Below are positions 21,000-33,483 of a stretch of 64,000 nucleotides of DNA, piece after piece. Origin of the DNA: Longimicrobiales bacterium (lineage in GTDB: Bacteria; Gemmatimonadota; Gemmatimonadetes; Longimicrobiales; Gaopeijiaceae); contig JAWLHJ010000004.1 in assembly GCA_041690395.1 (NCBI GenBank), forward strand, positions 209,355-273,354, in the 5' to 3' direction. Each line of letters begins with the position of its first letter. The first letter of the stretch is position 1. The notes under the pieces were generated by a model. That model made no database searches, had not been told where the DNA came from, and was given only the letters and a program-made list of their open reading frames with translations. The translations under genes and the position numbers were made by a program.

Positions 21000-22223
21000 T
21001 TGCCGGGATCGCGTACGGTCCGCGGATGCGTCTTCGCGCTGGCTCTGTTCGCCCTGGGCGCGTCCGGAGGCTCCGCACAGGATCCGAGCGCGCTCCGCCA
21101 GGAGATCGCGGAGAGCCAGAGGCGGCTCGAGCAGATCCGCGCGGAGCGGGAGCGGCTCGAGCGGGAAATGGGGGACGTGCGCAACCGCGTCCGCGACGTG
21201 TCGACCGAGCTCTCGAACGTGGAGCGGCGGCTCTCCGCCACCCGCTCGGTCCTCGCCGAGGTCGAGTTCCAGTCGGAAGCCACGGCCTCCCAGATCGAGG
21301 AGACCACGCGCAATCTGCTCCAGACACGGGAGCGAATGGCCGAGAGCCAGGCGATCCTCCACCGTCGGCTGCGTGACATCTACAAGATGGGGCCCCTCCG
21401 CACGGTTCAGGTGCTCCTGGGCGCGACCTCGTTCACCGATCTGCTCAATCGGTATCGGTACCTACAGCGGATCGCTCAGTTCGACCGGAGTCTCGTCGAG
21501 CGCGTCCAGGCGCTCGAAGCCGACCTCCTCGGCGTGAACGCCGAGCTCCAGCAGCGGATGGCACAGCTCGGGGCGCTGCGCCGCGACCGGCTCTCCGAAG
21601 TGGCGGAGCTGCGCGCCGTCGAATCCGAGCGTCAGGCCGCCCTGCAGCAGTTCCGCTCCCGGGAGCAGGCCGCCGCGAGTCGACTCCAGGAGCTCGAGGC
21701 CGACGAGTCCCGTCTGACGGGACTCATCGACAACCTGGAAACGCGCCGGCGGGAGCTCGAGGCGCGCAGCACTGCCCCGGCCGCCGCAGCCACGCTGACC
21801 GCCGACGACGCGGGGTTGCTCGACTGGCCCGTGGACGGACGCATCATCTACCGGTTCGGCCGAGAGCAGCGCCCGAACGGAATGGTGCTCCGGTGGAACG
21901 GAATCGGGCTGGCCGCGCCCACGGGCACGCCGGTACGCGCCGTGAGGCCCGGGCGGGTGGTGCTGGCCGGACCGTTCGAGGGCTACGGCCCGACGGTGGT
22001 CATCAGCCACGGCGACGGCGTCTACACCCTCTATCTCTACCTCGAGGAGATCGGCGTGGTCGAGGGGCGCGACGTCGAGATCGGGCAGGTCGTCGGTACG
22101 GTCGGAGGGGAGGACACACCCGAAGGGCCACACATCGAGTTCCAGATCCGGGCGCCTTCCGGGACCGGCGCGCCCCAGGCGCAGGATCCGATGGAGTGGC
22201 TACGCCCGCGGAGTCCGTCGTGA
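21000..22223 (+). CDS. envC: EnvC-like murein hydrolase activator (coiled coil + degenerate M23)
   Basis: Signal peptide, long coiled coil, WPVDG..WNGIGL..YTLYLYL M23 domain lacking Zn ligands; downstream of ftsEX. Confidence 0.85.
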   Translation: MPGSRTVRGCVFALALFALGASGGSAQDPSALRQEIAESQRRLEQIRAERERLEREMGDVRNRVRDVSTELSNVERRLSATRSVLAEVEFQSEATASQIEETTRNLLQTRERMAESQAILHRRLRDIYKMGPLRTVQVLLGATSFTDLLNRYRYLQRIAQFDRSLVERVQALEADLLGVNAELQQRMAQLGALRRDRLSEVAELRAVESERQAALQQFRSREQAAASRLQELEADESRLTGLIDNLETRRRELEARSTAPAAAATLTADDAGLLDWPVDGRIIYRFGREQRPNGMVLRWNGIGLAAPTGTPVRAVRPGRVVLAGPFEGYGPTVVISHGDGVYTLYLYLEEIGVVEGRDVEIGQVVGTVGGEDTPEGPHIEFQIRAPSGTGAPQAQDPMEWLRPRSPS

Positions 22224-23388
22224 CGCTGCACCCGCTGTTCGGTCACGACGAAGCCCGACGCATGGTGGCGCGCTCCCATCATGCCGGTCGGCTGCCGTCG
22301 TCGCTCCTCCTCCACGGTCCCAAAGGGGTCGGCAAGCAGCGCTTCGCCCTCTGGATCGCCCAACTGTCCGTCTGCGAGCAGCCCGACGCGGAGACCGGAC
22401 CGTGCGACACCTGCCGAAGCTGCAGGCTCCTCCTGAGCCTCGAGCATCCCGACGTGCACTGGTACATGCCGCTCTCCCGCCCGACCAGGGTGTCGGGTGA
22501 CAAGCTGGTCGACGCGCTCGAGGAGGCCCGCCACGAGATGCTCCAGCACTACCGGGAGAACGGGCTCAGGTCCGGCCACTCGCCGGACGTCACGGGCCTC
22601 TACATCGGAACGATCAGGAGTCTCCGGAAGCGGGCCCACATCCGCCCGTCGATGGCGCCCGGGCCGGTCTTCATCGTGGGCGACGCGGAGCTCCTCGTGC
22701 CGCAGGAGGCGAGCCAGGAGGCGGCGAACGCCCTCCTGAAGCTCCTCGAGGAGCCGCCCGGTGAGGCGCGCTTCATCCTGACCAGCAGCGTGCCCGGAAG
22801 CCTCCTTCCCACGATCCGTTCGAGAACGGTCCCGCTTCTCTTGTCCCCGCTCCCCGACGAGACCATCCGTGAGGTCCTGGTGGAGCGGCTGGACGTGCCG
22901 GAGGAACGGGCCACGACGGTGGCCAAGCTCGGTCAGGGATCGCTCGGGCGCGCGCTCGGCTTCCTCCCTCCGGACGACGACGGCGACGCCCCGCTGAACG
23001 CACTCCGGCGCGACGCGTTCAACATCCTGCGGTCCGCGTTGGAGCGCCGCCGGCACGGCGCCCACCGGTTGGCCCTCGGCTACACCCCGGCGGGAGCTCG
23101 CGGCCTGCTCGACCTCTTCCAGATCCTGGAGGAATGGATCCGCGATCTCGCCGCGGTCCTCGCTGGCGGCGAGACCCCCGCGTTCCACCAGGACACCACC
23201 GAAGCGCTCGGGAAGCTCGCGGCGCGGAGCGGCGTGGAAGCCGCGAGGGTCCCGCGGGCCCTGCATGCGGTCGAGCGCGCGCGGGAGCTCGCCAGGGGCA
23301 ACGTGAACCCCCAGCTCGTCGTGGCGGGACTCGTGCTGGACCTCGGTGACGCCCTCCTTCCTCCCACGACTTCCGCCGCGCACCGCTC

Positions 23389-23392
<4 letters not shown>
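22220..23392 (+). CDS. holB: DNA polymerase III delta-prime subunit
   Basis: LLHGPKGVGK, CDTCRSC..HPD, AANALLKLLEEP, LLPTIRSR; GTGA-coupled start. Confidence 0.88.
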
Positions 23393-23895
<503 letters not shown>

Positions 23896-23968
23896 CAGCC
23901 CGTGGTATAGAAATCTGGTGGGCCGGACCCGGGCTGCGCGGGGCCCGCGCTCAGGCGAGAGGCTGTAG

Positions 23969-25135
23969 CTATACCCCGGGGGCGACCGGCACCGTGAGCA
24001 CGGTCCCGACCCTCAGGTAGCGCGGCCGCACCGAAGGATTCGCCTCGCGCAGATCCGCCACCCGGATCCCGTACCGAACCGCGATGTGGGAGAGCGTCTC
24101 CCCGTCGGCCACCCGATGCTCCATGAAGGTGACCCGCTCCTCCGGCGGGATCAGCGCGTAGGCTTCCTCGAAGCGCGCCCCCGTTCCTGCCGGCAGACGC
24201 AGCGTGACCCGCTCCTTCGGAGGGGTGAAGCCACGTAGCACATGAGGGTTCAGCCTGGCGACGATCTCGGGCTCCACGCCGGCCGCCCGCGCCACCACGT
24301 CCAACGACGTCGCGTCCGGCACCTCCACCTCGTCGAAGCCCGCAGCGCGCATGGGAGTGCGAGGGTGACCGAACGCGTCGGGACGCTCCGCGATCAGGAT
24401 CGCGGCGAAGAGCTTCGGGACGAAGTCCCGCGTCTCACCCGGCAGGTGGGGGCGTATCCGCCAGTACAGGTCGTCCGAGAGCGGCTCCAGGGGAGCGTGG
24501 CGTGCGATGACCCTGCGCACCCTCGCCGGGCCGGAGTTGTAGGCGGCGAGGGCGAGGAACCACGATCCGAAATCCGCGTGCAGCTGATCCAGGAAGCGGA
24601 GCGCGGCTTCGGTCGACCGGGTCGGATGCCTCCGCTCGTCAAGCAACCGGGACACACGCACGCCCAATCCGCGAGCGGTGCCTTCCATGAGCTGCCAGAG
24701 GCCCACGGCCCGCGCCGAGCTCACGGCGGTCGGACTGTATCCGCTCTCCACGATGGGGAGGAAGCGGAGCGAGGGGGGCATTCCGCGGGCGGCCAGGAGG
24801 GAGTCGACTTCGGGAACGTATCCTCCCATCCGCGCCAGATCCGCCGCGAACCATGGAGACGTGTCCGCCGACCAACGCTCGATCCAGCGGTCGACCTCGG
24901 CCCGGAACCCGGGATCGCGGAGCATGGGCGTCGTGCGGATCGGGTCGACCACCACCTCGCCGGAAGGCGCCGGAAGGTCGACGTCGGGAGCCACGACCGG
25001 CAGCGCCGGTAGCACCGCGGCTCTGGGCGCAGGATCGGGATGGAGCGGGCCCGGGGCCGCGCTGCGCCCACACCCCGCCGATCCCGCGAGGCAAGCGAGG
25101 ACGATCAGGGTGCGGCCCACGCGGCGGGCAGGCAC
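23969..25135 (-). CDS. MltD-like lytic transglycosylase lipoprotein with LysM
   Basis: IVESGY..AVGLWQLM..ALAAYNSG..ETRDFVPK SLT motifs, C-terminal LysM (GETLSHIAVRYG), lipobox SAGC. Start uncertain (GTG at 25120, 25135 or 25204). Confidence 0.88.
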   Translation of the reverse strand: MPARRVGRTLIVLACLAGSAGCGRSAAPGPLHPDPAPRAAVLPALPVVAPDVDLPAPSGEVVVDPIRTTPMLRDPGFRAEVDRWIERWSADTSPWFAADLARMGGYVPEVDSLLAARGMPPSLRFLPIVESGYSPTAVSSARAVGLWQLMEGTARGLGVRVSRLLDERRHPTRSTEAALRFLDQLHADFGSWFLALAAYNSGPARVRRVIARHAPLEPLSDDLYWRIRPHLPGETRDFVPKLFAAILIAERPDAFGHPRTPMRAAGFDEVEVPDATSLDVVARAAGVEPEIVARLNPHVLRGFTPPKERVTLRLPAGTGARFEEAYALIPPEERVTFMEHRVADGETLSHIAVRYGIRVADLREANPSVRPRYLRVGTVLTVPVAPGV

Positions 25136-25178
25136 GGGGCGGGCGCGGACGGGGCCTACCGGCTCCGGCCGCCCGCCC

Positions 25179-27218
<2,040 letters not shown>

Positions 27219-27373
27219 TCAGACCCGTTGAAGTCTAATCGAGCCGGCCCGGGCACGCAGCCGCTCTAGCAGGTGCCGTCGTGGAGCGCCGTCTCTTCTT
27301 TGACGGCGCGCGCGGCCGTAGCTTGGGCGTCGAACACGCGACACCCAATTCACCGATCCGTCGGACCTTTCGT

Positions 27374-28195
27374 ATGGCATTCCACCCCCTTCGACCCGCG
27401 CCCATCACTCCCGACGTGGAACGACTCTACGACGGCTGGCTGACCGAGCTGGAGAACGCGCTCGCGGATCCCGCCTGTGACCGGAACGTGCTGTGCCGGG
27501 ATCTGCTGACGGACATCTACTATCCCGGGCTTCGGGAAACGGAGACCGACCGTCTCCCGACGGAGACCCGTGTCGCACTCGCGCAGATGGACCCGCGCAA
27601 CGTGACACTCGAGCCCGAGTACTACGAGGACCTCGACCTCGAGCGGTACGCCCCCCGCAAGCCCCTCATCTGGCTCTGGGAGATGTTCGACCGGAGCCCC
27701 CTGGGCGAGAACGTGGCGCTCGGCGTGCGTTTTCGCCGTATTCTCGCGCCCCACGTGTTCGGTAGCTGCGGCAAGAACTTCAAGGCGTTCACGTTCGTGC
27801 GGGTATCCTTCGGATACAACCTGCACGTCGGTGACAACGTCGTGATCCACCGGCACGTGCTCCTGGACGATCGCGGCGGGATCGAGATCGGAGACGGCGC
27901 CTCGGTATCGGACTTCGCGAACGTCTACTCGCACTCCCACGACATCGTCGACGGTCGGAACGTGAACCTCCCGACGACACGTATCGGAGCCGGGGCGCGG
28001 ATCACGTACCACGCCACGATCCTGGCCGGCACCCATGTCGCCGAGGACTCCATGGTCGGCGCCGGCTCGATCCTGACGAAGGACACCGAGCCCCACTGGG
28101 TCTACGTCGGCATCCCGGCCAGGAAGATCAAGGAGAAGCCGGCCGAAGCCCGGGCGAAGAAGGCGCCCCCGACGCCCGACCCACTGGCGGGCTGA
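27374..28195 (+). CDS. Hexapeptide-repeat acyltransferase
   Basis: VGDNVVIH, IGDGASVS, IGAGARIT, VGAGSILTKD..VGIPAR left-handed beta-helix repeats. Confidence 0.85.
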   Translation: MAFHPLRPAPITPDVERLYDGWLTELENALADPACDRNVLCRDLLTDIYYPGLRETETDRLPTETRVALAQMDPRNVTLEPEYYEDLDLERYAPRKPLIWLWEMFDRSPLGENVALGVRFRRILAPHVFGSCGKNFKAFTFVRVSFGYNLHVGDNVVIHRHVLLDDRGGIEIGDGASVSDFANVYSHSHDIVDGRNVNLPTTRIGAGARITYHATILAGTHVAEDSMVGAGSILTKDTEPHWVYVGIPARKIKEKPAEARAKKAPPTPDPLAG

Positions 28196-28210
28196 CGCCG
28201 CACGGGCGCG

Positions 28211-30175
28211 TCAGTCCTCCACGCCCTCCTCCTCGTAGCGTCCCTTCACCCGCTCGACCACCGCCGGGTCGGCCAGCGTCGTCGTGTCGCCCACCACGTG
28301 TCCGTCCGCGATATCGCGCAGCAACCGCCGCATGATCTTGCCGGAGCGGGTCTTGGGTAGATCCGCCGTGAACACGACGACCTCCGGCTTCGCGATCGCT
28401 CCGATGAGGGTGCCGACGTGGTCCCGCACCTCCCGCATGAGCTCGTTCGACGGGTCGTAGCCTTCCTTCAGCGAGACGAAAGCCGCGATCGCCTGTCCCT
28501 TGATGTCGTGCTTCTTCCCCACGACCGCGGCCTCCGCGACCGCGGGGTGGTCCACCAGGGCGCTCTCGACCTCCATGGTCCCGATCCGGTGTCCGGCCAC
28601 GTTGAGGACGTCGTCGACGCGGCCGAGGATCCAGAAGTAGCCGTCGCCGTCCCGCTTGGCCCCGTCCCCGGGGAAGTAGGTGTCGGGCCACTTCGACCAG
28701 TAGGTGGCGCGGTAGCGGTCGTCGTCACCCCACACGGTGCGCAGCATCGACGGCCAGGGGGAGCGGATGGCCAGGAACCCGGAATGGGCTTCGGTCCCCG
28801 AGCTGTCCAGGATGGTGGCGTCGATTCCCGGAAACGGCCGGGTCGCCGTCCCCGGCTTCGTCTCGACCAGGGCGGGGAGCGGGGTGATCATGATGGCCCC
28901 GGTCTCGGTCTGCCACCACGTGTCCACGATCGGGCAGCGCTCGCCCCCGATGACCTTGTGATACCAGATCCACGCCTCGGGGTTGATGGGCTCGCCCACG
29001 GTTCCGAGCAGCCGCAGCGACGAAAGGTCCGACTTCTCGGGCCACTGGTCGCCCCATCCCATGAAGGCCCGGATCGCGGTCGGCGCCGTGTAGAAGATCG
29101 TGACGCCGTAGCGCTCGCAGATCTCCCAGAAGCGCCCGCGGTCCGGCCAATCCGGAGCGCCCTCGTACATGACGACCTGCGCGCCGTTCGCCAGCGGACC
29201 GTAGACGATGTAGCTGTGCCCGGTGATCCAGCCCACGTCGGCCGTGCACCAGTAGACGTCGTCGTCACGGAGGTCGAAGACCGCCTTCGTCGTGGCGTAG
29301 ACCTGGGTGAGGTAGCCGCCGGTGGTGTGCACCACTCCCTTCGGCTTCCCGGTCGTCCCCGAGGTGTAGAGGATGAACAGTGGGTCCTCGGCGTCCATCG
29401 GCTGCGCCTCGTGCTCGGCCGACGCGGAGTCGACGAGCTCGTGGTACCAGTGATCGCGGCCCTCGACCATGCCGGCATCGGTCTGCTCGGAGAGCTCACC
29501 ACCGCGCCGGACGACCACGACGCTCTCCACGGTCGGGGAGGTCTCGAGCGCCACGTCCGCGTTCTCCTTCAGGGCAACAACGCTTCCTCGCCGCCAGCCA
29601 CCGTCGGCGGTGATCAGCACCTTGGCGGCCGCGTCGTTGTTCCGGTCGGCCAGCGATCCAGGGCTGAACCCCCCGAACACCACCGAGTGGATGGCGCCGA
29701 TGCGGGCGCAGGCCAGCATCGCCACGGCCGCCTCCGGAACCATGGGCAGATAGATCGTGACCCGGTCGCCCTTCTCCACCCCGAGCCCCGCCAACGCGTT
29801 CGCGAAGCGGCACACCTCGTCCCTGAGCTCCGCGTAGCTGTAGGTGCGGCGGTCGCCGGGCTCGCCCTCCCAGATCAGCGCGGTACGGTCTCCGCGACCG
29901 GCTTCCACGTGCCGGTCCACGCAGTTGCGGGCCACGTTCAGCCGGCCGCCCAGAAACCACTTGGCGTGCGGCGGCGTCCATTCGAGCACACGGTCCCAAG
30001 GTTCGGCCCACTCGAGCTCCGTCGCCCACTCGGCCCAATACGCCTCGCGGTCGCTCGCCGCCCGGTCCCACACGTCCGGGTCCGACATGACGGCGCCCTC
30101 CGCGAAGCCTTCGGGCGGAGGAAAGCGGCGTTCTTCGTGTAGCAGGTCGTCGAGCGCTCCTGAATCCTGACTCAT
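28211..30175 (-). CDS. acs: Acetyl-CoA synthetase
   Basis: [47 protein letters not shown]. Confidence 0.97.
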   Translation of the reverse strand: MSQDSGALDDLLHEERRFPPPEGFAEGAVMSDPDVWDRAASDREAYWAEWATELEWAEPWDRVLEWTPPHAKWFLGGRLNVARNCVDRHVEAGRGDRTALIWEGEPGDRRTYSYAELRDEVCRFANALAGLGVEKGDRVTIYLPMVPEAAVAMLACARIGAIHSVVFGGFSPGSLADRNNDAAAKVLITADGGWRRGSVVALKENADVALETSPTVESVVVVRRGGELSEQTDAGMVEGRDHWYHELVDSASAEHEAQPMDAEDPLFILYTSGTTGKPKGVVHTTGGYLTQVYATTKAVFDLRDDDVYWCTADVGWITGHSYIVYGPLANGAQVVMYEGAPDWPDRGRFWEICERYGVTIFYTAPTAIRAFMGWGDQWPEKSDLSSLRLLGTVGEPINPEAWIWYHKVIGGERCPIVDTWWQTETGAIMITPLPALVETKPGTATRPFPGIDATILDSSGTEAHSGFLAIRSPWPSMLRTVWGDDDRYRATYWSKWPDTYFPGDGAKRDGDGYFWILGRVDDVLNVAGHRIGTMEVESALVDHPAVAEAAVVGKKHDIKGQAIAAFVSLKEGYDPSNELMREVRDHVGTLIGAIAKPEVVVFTADLPKTRSGKIMRRLLRDIADGHVVGDTTTLADPAVVERVKGRYEEEGVED

Positions 30176-30291
30176 CGATCTCTTGGACTTGGGGGACGGT
30201 ACCGGGAGTGCCCGGTAGGGCCTCGCCCAATGTGCACGGACCCACCCGCGAAGCAAGAGAGCGCTTGAGATCTCGCGGCCACTCCATATCT

Positions 30292-30314
30292 TTATCGATA
30301 ATCATTATTGATAA
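30292..30314. promoter_or_regulatory. Fur/PerR-family operator (11-1-11 palindrome)
   Basis: TTATCGATAAT-C-ATTATTGATAA with one mismatch; core GATAATCATTAT matches the Fur/PerR-type box; abuts the ATPase RBS. Confidence 0.8.
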
Positions 30315-30322
30315 GGATGCGC

Positions 30323-32311
30323 ATGTCCGAGCTTCAGCCCTCGAAACCGGCCGTCGAGCAGCACCGCTGGAAGCCGCAGGCAGTCTCCACAGGCGTTTGC
30401 CTCACGGCGACGGTCGCCGGATGGGCCCTTCCCCACCTGGGTCTCCCCGGACTCTCGCTTCCGGCCCTCCTCCTCGCCTACGCGGCAGGGGGGTGGGACA
30501 GCGTCATCCGCACCACGAAGGCACTCAGGCAGTTCAAGCTCGACGTCGACCTCCTCATGCTCATCGCGGCGGTGGGCGCCGCGCTGGTGGGGCACTGGAT
30601 CGAGGGGGCCATCCTCCTCTTTCTGTTCTCGCTGAGCAACACGCTCGAGACCTATGCCTTCGGGCGCACGCGTCGGTCCATCCGCGCCCTGATGCAGCTG
30701 CGTCCCGAGGAGGCCTCCGTGGTCAAGGACGGGTCGGAGTCGTTGGAGCCGATCGAGCGCCTCCGCCCGGGCGACGTGGTCCGGGTTCGACCCGGGGAGC
30801 GGATTCCCGTCGATGGTCAGGTCGTCGCCGGCTCTTCGCGCGTTGACGAGTCCACCCTCACGGGCGAGCCCACTCCGGTCCAGAAGGAAGTCGGCGGGGA
30901 CGTCTTCGCGGGAACGCTCAATCAGGGCGGATCGCTGGACGTGCGGACCAATAAGGCGGCCGACGACACGCAGCTCGCGCGCGTCATCGCATTGGTCGAG
31001 CAGGCCCAGGAAGCCAGGGCCCCGACCCAAAGCTGGATCGAGCGGGTGGAAGGGCGCTACGCCGCAGCGGTCATCGTCGGCGCGATGCTGGCCGTGCTGA
31101 TTCCGTGGCTCGGGCTGGGGTGGAGCTTTCAGGACGCCCTGTATCGCGGGATGACGTTGTTGGTCGTGGCATCTCCGTGTGCCCTCGTGATCTCGATTCC
31201 CGCCACCGTGGTCTCCGCGGTCTCGAACGGGGCCCGACACGGGATCCTGTTCAAGGGTGGAGCGCACCTCGACGCCCTCGCCACGATCCGGGTCGCGGCG
31301 TTCGACAAGACGGGGACGCTCACCGTCGGACGGCCCGAGGTCGTCGGCGTGCGGGCGGAACGTGCCGTCGCGGCGGCGGTGCCGGACTCCACGGACGCCG
31401 CCGACGGGTCCGGATCGCACGTGGGCCTCGACGAGACGGATCGTCTCATCGAGCTCGCCGCCGCGGCCGAGTCCCGCTCGGAGCATCCCCTGGGCGCCGC
31501 GATCCTGCGTGAAGCCGAACGCCGCGGGCTCACCGTGGAGAGCCCCGAAACCTTCGATTCCTCGCCCGGCCACGGCGTGAGCGCCGACATCGGGGGACGC
31601 TCGGTCCAGGTGGGCCGTCGCTCCTGGATCGAGACCGTCGCAGGGGAGTCCGTGCCCCCCGGTCTCACGGAGCTCTTCGTCGACGACCTGGAGGGGGCGA
31701 CGCCGGTCTACGTGGCGGTGGACGGGGCGCACGCCGGTGTGATCGCGATCGCCGACAAGCCGCGCGCCGGTGCCCGCGAGGTCGTACGCGCCCTCGCGGA
31801 CCGGGGGATCCGGACGTCGGTGATGTTGACCGGCGACGCGTCCTCGGCGGCGCACGCGATCGGGCGGGCGGTGGGGCTCGAGGACATCCACGCAGAGCTC
31901 CTGCCCGAGCAGAAATCACAGGTCATCGAGGAGCTCCGTCGCCGTCACGGGCCGGTCGCGATGATCGGGGACGGCGTGAATGACGCCCCCGCGCTAGCCT
32001 CCGCCGACCTCGGGATCGCGGTCGGCGCGGCCGGATCGGACGTCGCGCTCGAGACGGCCGACGTGGTCATCCTCGGCGACGACCTGGGCGCCCTCGGCCA
32101 TGCCGTCGAGTTGAGCCACCGAACCCGCAGGATCGTTCGGCAGAACCTCGTGTTCGCGGTAGCCGTCATGCTCACGCTGCTGGGTCTCGCGTCGTTCGGA
32201 CTGATCGGCCTGACCACCGGTGTCATCGGCCACGAGGGGAGCACCATCGTGGTGGTATTCAACGGACTCCGACTGCTGCGCGACGGAAAGTCGCTCAGGC
32301 GTCGAGCATGA
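30323..32311 (+). CDS. Heavy-metal P1B-4 type ATPase (PfeT/CtpD-like Fe2+/Co2+ exporter)
   Basis: LTGE, SPC in the metal-binding [22 protein letters not shown] in the last TM; no N-terminal CxxC domain. Confidence 0.9.
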   Translation: MSELQPSKPAVEQHRWKPQAVSTGVCLTATVAGWALPHLGLPGLSLPALLLAYAAGGWDSVIRTTKALRQFKLDVDLLMLIAAVGAALVGHWIEGAILLFLFSLSNTLETYAFGRTRRSIRALMQLRPEEASVVKDGSESLEPIERLRPGDVVRVRPGERIPVDGQVVAGSSRVDESTLTGEPTPVQKEVGGDVFAGTLNQGGSLDVRTNKAADDTQLARVIALVEQAQEARAPTQSWIERVEGRYAAAVIVGAMLAVLIPWLGLGWSFQDALYRGMTLLVVASPCALVISIPATVVSAVSNGARHGILFKGGAHLDALATIRVAAFDKTGTLTVGRPEVVGVRAERAVAAAVPDSTDAADGSGSHVGLDETDRLIELAAAAESRSEHPLGAAILREAERRGLTVESPETFDSSPGHGVSADIGGRSVQVGRRSWIETVAGESVPPGLTELFVDDLEGATPVYVAVDGAHAGVIAIADKPRAGAREVVRALADRGIRTSVMLTGDASSAAHAIGRAVGLEDIHAELLPEQKSQVIEELRRRHGPVAMIGDGVNDAPALASADLGIAVGAAGSDVALETADVVILGDDLGALGHAVELSHRTRRIVRQNLVFAVAVMLTLLGLASFGLIGLTTGVIGHEGSTIVVVFNGLRLLRDGKSLRRRA

Positions 32312-32852
32312 CCGACTGGAGTCGATCTTCCCGGAGCAGACGCTCGAAAGCGCTCACGGCGGTTCCGGCGAGGGCCTCGATGGCGTCGGGCCCGGCCGAA
32401 AGCGCGGTCTTCGGAATGACCAACTTGAAGCGGACCTCGGCGGTCGCGTCCACCGCGGACGTCTCCATGTCGGCAAGGCGGAAGCGGAGTGACAGCGGCG
32501 TTCGGTACGCCGTCGGAAGGTGCGCCGCCCCGAGGCGGCCCAGCTCGGAGAGGAGATCGGGCACCGATGGCACCTTCCCGAGGTCGACGAGGTCCACGAC
32601 GAGGGCCAGGTTCCCGGTGAGCCCGCGGCTCGTCTCGTCGAGATACACGTCGATGCTCACCGGTTCGTCCAGCTCCTCGCGATGGAAAAAGAGGTACGCG
32701 CTCCGGGTGGAGTCACCCTTCCAGCGCCCCTCGAACTCGTGGCTGGTGGTCTTCTGGAGACCCGAGAGGCTCCACCCCGAAGCCTCGAGCCCGACGCGGA
32801 CGGCGTCGATGAGGGGTTCCAGCGTGAGCACGGACTCGTTGGACTCGGGCAT
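32295..32852 (-). CDS. Hypothetical protein
   Basis: 185-aa ORF with GGAG SD and protein-like composition; no recognised family. Confidence 0.65.
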   Translation of the reverse strand: MPESNESVLTLEPLIDAVRVGLEASGWSLSGLQKTTSHEFEGRWKGDSTRSAYLFFHREELDEPVSIDVYLDETSRGLTGNLALVVDLVDLGKVPSVPDLLSELGRLGAAHLPTAYRTPLSLRFRLADMETSAVDATAEVRFKLVIPKTALSAGPDAIEALAGTAVSAFERLLREDRLQSVMLDA

Positions 32853-32905
32853 CGAAAGATCCTCCAGGACCGCGTTTTACGGGGTTTTGAGCGGCTCTGA
32901 TTCTG

Positions 32906-32935
32906 TTGACATCAGGACTCGTGAACGTGTACACT
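32906..32935 (+). promoter_or_regulatory. Sigma70-type promoter of the Fur-family regulator gene
   Basis: TTGACA-N18-TACACT upstream of the ATG at 32970. Confidence 0.6.
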
Positions 32936-32969
32936 ACGCTTATCCATTCCGGTCAAGAAGGCGCGACGG

Positions 32970-33452
32970 ATGAAGGAAGATCAGAACATGGAAGCCACCC
33001 GGGAGCCCAGCGAGGCGGTGCTGCGTGAGGCCCTCGAAGAGAGCGGCCAGCGGTTCACCGAACAGCGGGCGGCGGTCTACCGCTACCTGACGAGCACGGA
33101 CACCCATCCCACGGCGGACGAGGTGCTGGTCGCGGTGCGTCACGAGCTTCCGACGATCTCGCTCGCGACCGTGTACAAGAGCCTCGAGACCCTGGTCGGC
33201 TGCGGCCTCGCGGTCAAGCTCACGTATACCGACGCGTCATCGCGCTACGACGGTCGGACGGACCCCCATCATCACGCACGCTGCCTGGGATGCGGCAAGG
33301 TGGCAGACCTCCCCGGCAAGCTGCCTCAGCGGGAGATCGACGATCTCCGCGACCGGGCCCGGAACTTCACGGTGGTCGGCTACCGATTCGAGTTGTCCGG
33401 CTACTGCTCCACGTGTGTCCCCGAAGGGGGCCCCGCCCCGTTGCACGCCTAG
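32970..33452 (+). CDS. Fur-family regulator, PerR-like
   Basis: HPTADEV, ISLATVYKSL, SRYD..HHHARCLGCGKVAD, GYCSTC (two CxxC). Start may be 32988. Confidence 0.9.
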   Translation: MKEDQNMEATREPSEAVLREALEESGQRFTEQRAAVYRYLTSTDTHPTADEVLVAVRHELPTISLATVYKSLETLVGCGLAVKLTYTDASSRYDGRTDPHHHARCLGCGKVADLPGKLPQREIDDLRDRARNFTVVGYRFELSGYCSTCVPEGGPAPLHA

Positions 33453-33483
33453 CCTGGCCGCGCGCCACGGCTCCCCCCGCCGC

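Noticed and set aside
21860..22223. M23 domain missing its Zn ligands, read as a pseudogene
   Set aside because: A degenerate M23 domain is the normal state for EnvC-type activators next to ftsEX.
28192..28214. Short inverted repeats spanning facing stop codons (also 35261-35283)
   Set aside because: Facing TGA/TCA codons supply part of the symmetry automatically; the stems are only 6-7 bp with no U-tract.
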